Source: an uncultured virus (IMG/VR IMGVR_UViG_3300034358_000003)
Taxonomy: Duplodnaviria; Heunggongvirae; Uroviricota; Caudoviricetes
Length of the DNA stretch: 36,997 bases
Strand: one strand, 5' to 3'
Virus record (IMG/VR): IMGVR_UViG_3300034358_000003
Part shown: piece by piece, positions 32,359-36,997 of the stretch
How positions within the stretch are numbered: position 1 is the first letter of the stretch
How the letters are laid out: each line of letters starts with the position of its first letter
Position numbers and translations under genes: made by a program
Notes under the pieces: model-generated
Databases searched by the model: none
Seen by the model: the letters and a program-made list of their open reading frames with translations, nothing else
Told to the model about the DNA's origin: nothing

Positions 32359-32596
32359 TGTCAAAGCAACAACCCGTCAGGAACGCCTTGAGGCTGCTCG
32401 CACTGAGTGGATTCAAGAGGCAACCACCTATCTGTTTAAGCTTGGTGTCTACGCACCAGACGAACTTGAAGGTGCGAATGAACTGGCAGAAATCCTTTGG
32501 GATAGCTCTGACAATGAAGACTACTTCGATGACCACGCCAACTTTATGGGTGCTGTAGACGCTGTAGACGAAGAACTCACTTACTGGGGAGATTGA
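32342..32596 (+). CDS. Acidic hypothetical protein
   Basis: GGAGG RBS. Confidence 0.7.
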   Translation: MTAMISVKATTRQERLEAARTEWIQEATTYLFKLGVYAPDELEGANELAEILWDSSDNEDYFDDHANFMGAVDAVDEELTYWGD

Positions 32597-32665
32597 TATG
32601 GACGATGAGTTTTGGCTTGTGATAATGATGTGGTGGGTATTGATCCTGATCGTGGCGACCACCTG

Positions 32666-33100
32666 ATGGACACACGTAAATGCTATACAATGGAAACAGG
32701 CTACACCTCAAGCGACTTCTCGTTCTTTCGCAGAAGCCCTAACAGCCTTGAGGTGGGACGCCCCGAGTGTTATGGCCTTCAGGCTGAGGCTGGCCGTGAG
32801 AAGTGGTATCTTGTAGACACGTATACACACTACTGGAAGAGTGGTCATGGCTCTGACTACGTTCTGGTGCTGGTCAATGACAAAGGCACACAGATTGAGA
32901 CATCTGCCTTTGGTTGGAGACGTGTCACCACTGAGCACGACAAAGCCCTCAAAGAGCAGAAAGACTACAAGAAATTCATTGACGCACTAGCTGAATGTGG
33001 TAAACTCTGCCCCAACGGAGCAAGCCGCTGGTTCAATGAGGCTGTGCTTGAAAACTTCGAACACACATTTGAGGAAATACTCTACTATGGCGATGAATAG
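32666..33100 (+). CDS. Hypothetical protein
   Basis: TGATG coupling to a 22-codon hydrophobic ORF (32598-32666). Confidence 0.65.
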   Translation: MDTRKCYTMETGYTSSDFSFFRRSPNSLEVGRPECYGLQAEAGREKWYLVDTYTHYWKSGHGSDYVLVLVNDKGTQIETSAFGWRRVTTEHDKALKEQKDYKKFIDALAECGKLCPNGASRWFNEAVLENFEHTFEEILYYGDE

Positions 33101-33560
33101 TCCTTTGGACAATCTGCTTGATATCCGTGTGACACAATACCTCCCACAGACTGGCTACGGAGCTGGCGGCATGACCGTTGGCCTTACCACAAGTGGTATC
33201 ATTGTGCACCATATTCCCTCTGGAATGGGCATTTCCTGTGATAGTGAGCGTAGCCAACACGCAAACAAAGAGAAAGCTTTGATGATGCTGGAAGCTCTTC
33301 TACTCGCCATTGAGAGTGAGAAACACTTCCCGCCTCCAACACCTTATGTGGCTGGTAAAGTAATGATGATCAAAGAGGTGAGAGAGAAGACTGGCTTCGG
33401 TTTGAAGGAGTCCAAGGACGCAGTAGACAAGATGGGCACTGTTGAGGGAGCTATTCTGCACCTGACAGGCTCTGCTGGATATTGTGACCTTGGTGTGAAG
33501 TGTTGCTGTGGCGGTGACTTGCCATCTATCCGTGAGGGGTGCTACAATTGGCAGAAGTGA
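33093..33560 (+). CDS. Fusion of class-1 release-factor catalytic-domain homologue (GGM for GGQ) and L7/L12-CTD-like segment
   Basis: GAGGMTV..TTSGI...HIPSG....C.SERSQHANKEKAL matches RF1 domain 3; KVMMIKEVREKTGFGLKESKDAVD matches L7/L12 CTD; start uncertain. Confidence 0.75.
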   Translation: MNSPLDNLLDIRVTQYLPQTGYGAGGMTVGLTTSGIIVHHIPSGMGISCDSERSQHANKEKALMMLEALLLAIESEKHFPPPTPYVAGKVMMIKEVREKTGFGLKESKDAVDKMGTVEGAILHLTGSAGYCDLGVKCCCGGDLPSIREGCYNWQK

Positions 33561-33808
33561 CTATCAAGGAGAAGACGACACGCATTATCACAATGCGTCA
33601 AGCTCTCTATCAAGAGTTGGTTGCACTCCAAAAGGCTTGTCCACACAATGACAAGACAGGTAAGTACGGCTCCAACACTGGTAACTACGACCCATCTGCT
33701 GACTGTTATTGGATCAATGTGTCCTGCGAAGACTGCGGACGCACGTGGTCTATCTACAGCGATGAACCCGGCTACAGAGGGTTTGATGGGAGGATCATTC
33801 GTGACTAG
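33557..33808 (+). CDS. Hypothetical protein (CPH...CxxC, copy 1)
   Basis: GTGA overlap. Confidence 0.65.
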   Translation: MTIKEKTTRIITMRQALYQELVALQKACPHNDKTGKYGSNTGNYDPSADCYWINVSCEDCGRTWSIYSDEPGYRGFDGRIIRD

Positions 33809-33935
33809 TGTGAAAGGCGATAACCCAACAGGCTGGGTGGCCTATGTTCGCAACTTCAAAGAGAAACATCCTGATGTTGTGATCGATTACAAACAACTCA
33901 TGCAAAAATATATCAAAGGGGAGAGACCTGAATGA
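33801..33935 (+). CDS. Small hypothetical protein
   Basis: GGAGG RBS before GTG 33801. Confidence 0.55.
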   Translation: MTSVKGDNPTGWVAYVRNFKEKHPDVVIDYKQLMQKYIKGERPE

Positions 33936-34135
33936 CCAAACTACCACTACTAACTCAGAACGAAATCTACAAGATCGCTGCACGTGCTGAAGAGACAATC
34001 AAGAACACCACATCCCGTTCCTCTCACCTTATGTGTGTAGAGAACGCTGTACGTGAAGCTGTACAACTCATGATTGAGAAGCTGGATATCCAGATTGTTA
34101 GTCCATTCCAAATCGACTTGAGCAAGCCACAATGA
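33932..34135 (+). CDS. Hypothetical protein
   Basis: GGAG RBS, ATGA overlap. Confidence 0.7.
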   Translation: MTKLPLLTQNEIYKIAARAEETIKNTTSRSSHLMCVENAVREAVQLMIEKLDIQIVSPFQIDLSKPQ

Positions 34136-34419
34136 CACACGTAGTCACTCGTAAGTGGGGACTGAGTGATAAGGTATTTGAGAACGCTTATGCTGTTGGC
34201 GAGCGTACAAGATTGCAGGATCAAATTATTGCCTTAGCTGCTGAGATGGAAGAGTTAAAACTAGACTGTCCTCATAATGAAGGGTGGTTGAGACACAAAC
34301 ACCATCAGTTTAAGCATGGCTGGGGAGTGTCTTACTGGACTACTTCTGAGTGTGCAAACTGCGGCAGCATCCTACGATCCAATGATGAGACATATAGATA
34401 CCGAGTGGAGGAAGATTAA
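34132..34419 (+). CDS. Hypothetical protein (CPH...CxxC, copy 2)
   Basis: ATGA overlap. Confidence 0.7.
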   Translation: MTHVVTRKWGLSDKVFENAYAVGERTRLQDQIIALAAEMEELKLDCPHNEGWLRHKHHQFKHGWGVSYWTTSECANCGSILRSNDETYRYRVEED

Positions 34420-34556
34420 TGAGTGATTGGAAGGAAATAGAAGACCACAACCAAGACTGTGGTGATGACAATGGCTGGTGTGGGTATTGCTGGCGGTGCC
34501 GTGAGCACGCAGAGTGGCTGCATAAAGTAGCTGAATGGGAGGAAGAGGGACGATGA
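34419..34556 (+). CDS. 45-aa Cys/Trp-rich peptide, not in ORF track
   Basis: GGAGG RBS; WCGYCWRC. Confidence 0.55.
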   Translation: MSDWKEIEDHNQDCGDDNGWCGYCWRCREHAEWLHKVAEWEEEGR

Positions 34557-34777
34557 AAGAGTTTGAAATCCGTAAGACAAGAGCATTCTGCCGTCTGTGC
34601 GAGAGCACATCTGAGGATGACATGGTGGTGATTCCCTTCCGGTATGCAGGTAAGAATGCACCAATCATTCTGTGTAAGGGTTGCATCAAACACCTGAATG
34701 AAGCAGTGAATCCTGCACCCCCACTGTACAGCTCTGCTGATGACTGGGAACCAACCATGCGTTTCTTCAGGGATTGA
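34553..34777 (+). CDS. Hypothetical Zn-finger-like protein
   Basis: CRLC...LCKGC; GAGG RBS. Confidence 0.7.
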   Translation: MKEFEIRKTRAFCRLCESTSEDDMVVIPFRYAGKNAPIILCKGCIKHLNEAVNPAPPLYSSADDWEPTMRFFRD

Positions 34778-34778
34778 C

Positions 34779-34922
34779 ATGCCTAAACACACCATATATC
34801 AACTCTTCACCAAGCGGTGGATGTGCCGTGAGGCGGGAGAGTACACACAATATCGCGGCTATGGTGATACACCTGAAGAGGCTCACCAAGATTGGCTGCA
34901 CCAGATGAGGTATGAGAAATGA
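34779..34922 (+). CDS. Small hypothetical protein (GYGDTPEEA)
   Basis: Fits operon packing. Confidence 0.6.
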   Translation: MPKHTIYQLFTKRWMCREAGEYTQYRGYGDTPEEAHQDWLHQMRYEK

Positions 34923-35158
34923 GTTGGCAAGAACGAACAGCTATGATGTCTCCTGCACAGGAACGTGAGTTCTGGTTGAAGGAAGTAGAGAGCCGTATGG
35001 AGCATGGTGGATTGCTGGTCAATCGGAGGTACATGCCAAGCTTGGACAGGACACCTGTGTTGCGTAAGCTCGTTGAAGATGGTAAGCTTATACGTGTGCG
35101 TGAAGGCACATGGTTGAGCACTCATGTCCGTAGGACATTTCTGAAACTCCCAATCTAA
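34919..35158 (+). CDS. Hypothetical protein
   Basis: GAGG RBS, ATGA overlap. Confidence 0.7.
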   Translation: MSWQERTAMMSPAQEREFWLKEVESRMEHGGLLVNRRYMPSLDRTPVLRKLVEDGKLIRVREGTWLSTHVRRTFLKLPI

Positions 35159-35176
35159 TCCCCCGCCAAAAATAAC

Positions 35177-35203
35177 AGCCTCCTTTATTGGGGGCTTTGT
35201 TTT
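35177..35203 (+). terminator. Terminator ending plus-strand block
   Basis: AGCCTCC-TTTATT-GGGGGCT-TTGTTTT. Confidence 0.7.
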
Positions 35204-35222
35204 GCCTGCCAGAAATATAATC

Positions 35223-35535
35223 GTTGACAGTAGTCATTCAGTTGACAGTGATACAATCCTGTGAAAGTGGGTTCTTTGCGAGAGGTGCTTAACCTTGACA
35301 CAGGGCCACATCCCTAGCCGCTCGTAAAATGAAAATAATCTATCGAAGCACCCTCTCAAATAGACTCTCTCTATGGGCTTGACCTTGAGGGTGGGACATG
35401 ATAGTGACCGTATATCGTTGACAGTTGACAACACTCAGAGGATATGCATGTACAGCTACGCTGTGAGGGTGAGCCACACTTGAGAATGGTTATCATTGAG
35501 ATGTTCTCGCACCTACCTATAAACTCGTTGACAGT
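35223..35535 (+). repeat. Four GTTGACAGT direct repeats
   Basis: Copies at 35223, 35241, 35417, 35527. Confidence 0.7.
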
Positions 35536-36287
35536 GTGATACATGTGTGAGTGTGCATGCTGTGGGGTGTGAGCATTCATCATCAACGTAGTTGATAGTA
35601 GACTCTCTATGTATGTGTTTCATTGATACATCATGATGATGGTCTGTTCATACAGACAACCTATGAGGGAGGGTACTATGCATAGGCATGGCCTATGGGG
35701 AGGATTATTCTGGCATGTTATTTGCTAGGCTATATTCGTGCCAAGGTGGGTACTATGGGTGATGGGTTGTTACTATGGATGCTTCGCATCTGATAGAAAC
35801 ATATTTGAAGAAAGTGCTTGACATTTTAGGGAGAGTGAGATCGCTTCGCTTAGTACATCGCACCCTAACGGGCGCTCTTCCCTCACTCAGCTAGCGGGAA
35901 AGGGGTTAAGTAGTCATTTTGACCATATTCATAACGTCCGTTATGGGTAGGACAACAACCCTCTAAGCTATGTATCACGTGGCCTACAGGCCGATTAGGG
36001 ACGCTTTGAACGACAGTTCAAGGTGGGATGACACTCTATCCGTAGGATAGGTTTACAGAACGTTTTAAAGAGGTTTTGTTATAGATATTATTAATCAATA
36101 CACAAACAAAGCTAGCGCTTTTGCTATTGGTGCAAAGCTGACCTACGGTCAAGGGCAAAGCGTAAGCTTTGAGGGTTATCTCTCTATCGGTACGATAGAG
36201 CTTTACTCTCTTTGTGCTTTTTGTTACTATGTTTGTATGTATGGTCATATCACTCTAAGCTGTCGCTTAGGGGCAAAGCCTTAAGGT

Positions 36288-36316
36288 ATTGTACCTTGCG
36301 AATCGAATCACGTCAA
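36288..36316 (-). promoter_or_regulatory. sigma70-type promoter pointing into non-coding region
   Basis: TTGACG-17-TACAAT. Confidence 0.65.
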
Positions 36317-36377
36317 ATCGTTTAGATTGATAGTGCGAGCCATACTATCAGTTTGATTAATAGTAGCAATTGAGGGC

Positions 36378-36402
36378 AAAAGAAAAGCCCCGAAGGGCTT
36401 TT
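36378..36402 (-). terminator. Intrinsic (bidirectional) terminator
   Basis: AAAAGCCC-TTCG-GGGCTTTT-CTTTT. Confidence 0.8.
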
Positions 36403-36403
36403 G

Positions 36404-36625
36404 TCAATCAAGTGTTTGGGTCCAACATATAGCGTTTGCGTCGTACATTGCTTGTGCCTTTTCCCTGCTGATACGTTTGATTGTTGCCACAGGGTTGCCC
36501 TCATAACCGTAAGCCTCAGCTCGATGTTCGGCGTACCACTTTGCTTTTGCGTGGCTGACCTCCTCTAATACGATATCGTCCTGAATGTCGCCGCCATCAC
36601 GTGTAAAAGTCACTTGAAAGAACAT
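36404..36625 (-). CDS. Hypothetical protein
   Basis: AAGGAG RBS before ATG 36625. Confidence 0.7.
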   Translation of the reverse strand: MFFQVTFTRDGGDIQDDIVLEEVSHAKAKWYAEHRAEAYGYEGNPVATIKRISREKAQAMYDANAICWTQTLD

Positions 36626-36637
36626 AGTTGTCACTCC

Positions 36638-36883
36638 TTAACTGGAAACTATCTTACAGAGAAAGCCTTGAGGCATGATGAATTGAAAGGCGTATTGTTG
36701 GGCGTCTTCAAGCTGGGCAAAGCTTTGGAAGTTCCACGCAATGTCCACGCCACCACTGTTAGTGCTCACTTCCCACGATGGCACGTGAATTGCTTCCATG
36801 CCTTTCTGTGGGGTTGTTTCGAATATGCGTGCTGTCTTGTTAAGGGACAAATTGCTGTTAGTGAGGGTTTGAATGAGTTTCAT
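36638..36883 (-). CDS. Hypothetical protein
   Basis: AAGGAG RBS before ATG 36883. Confidence 0.7.
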   Translation of the reverse strand: MKLIQTLTNSNLSLNKTARIFETTPQKGMEAIHVPSWEVSTNSGGVDIAWNFQSFAQLEDAQQYAFQFIMPQGFLCKIVSS

Positions 36884-36911
36884 GGGTGTAATCTCCTTTG
36901 TGTGTAACTGC

Positions 36912-36950
36912 ATTCTACACAAACAACAAAGCCCCGTAAAGGGGCTTTTG
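36912..36950 (-). promoter_or_regulatory. Terminator hairpin overlapping a sigma70-type promoter
   Basis: AAAGCCCC-TTTAC-GGGGCTTT; TTTACG-17-TAGAAT. Confidence 0.6.
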
Positions 36951-36997
36951 TACATTCTTTATGGCATGTCACTATCAGACACTTTATCACACGTATA

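Noticed and set aside
35223..35780. CRISPR array
   Set aside because: Repeats are 5-9 nt and irregularly spaced; no cas genes
36036..36248. 70-aa minus-strand ORF behind the 36288 promoter
   Set aside because: Weak RBS and atypical AT-rich composition; not supportable as a CDS

Overview
A 37-kb segment of a lytic tailed dsDNA phage. Its gene content and order resemble PAK_P1/phiPsa374-type Pseudomonas myoviruses (inference from memory, no search run). Minus strand, 1-12.2 kb: head/packaging module (neck, adaptor, major capsid, decoration, scaffold, XkdF-type protease, portal, TerL), then a ~4.4-kb array of 23 CCA-encoding tRNA genes covering all 20 amino acids. The array also holds an HNH gene, a PD-(D/E)XK nuclease gene and at least six non-cloverleaf structured elements, several ending in a paired stem plus CCA. 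Upstream lie a probable TerS and a ~290-nt highly structured non-coding element next to divergent sigma70-type promoters at ~12.6 kb. Plus strand, 12.7-35.2 kb: PhoH, ClpP-like protease, dCMP deaminase, DNA ligase, SpoT-type HD hydrolase, metallophosphoesterase, RNA ligase, kinase, a PRPS-like + Nampt-like pair (NARP1-type NAD+ rebuilding), macrodomain, SLOG/DprA-like protein, a TelA-vWA-TerC-TerD cluster and a release-factor-domain (GGQ->GGM)/L7-L12-like fusion. A ~1.2-kb non-coding repeat-rich region and two convergent minus-strand genes end the window. All RNA structures were paired by eye, and protein families were recognised from motifs only.
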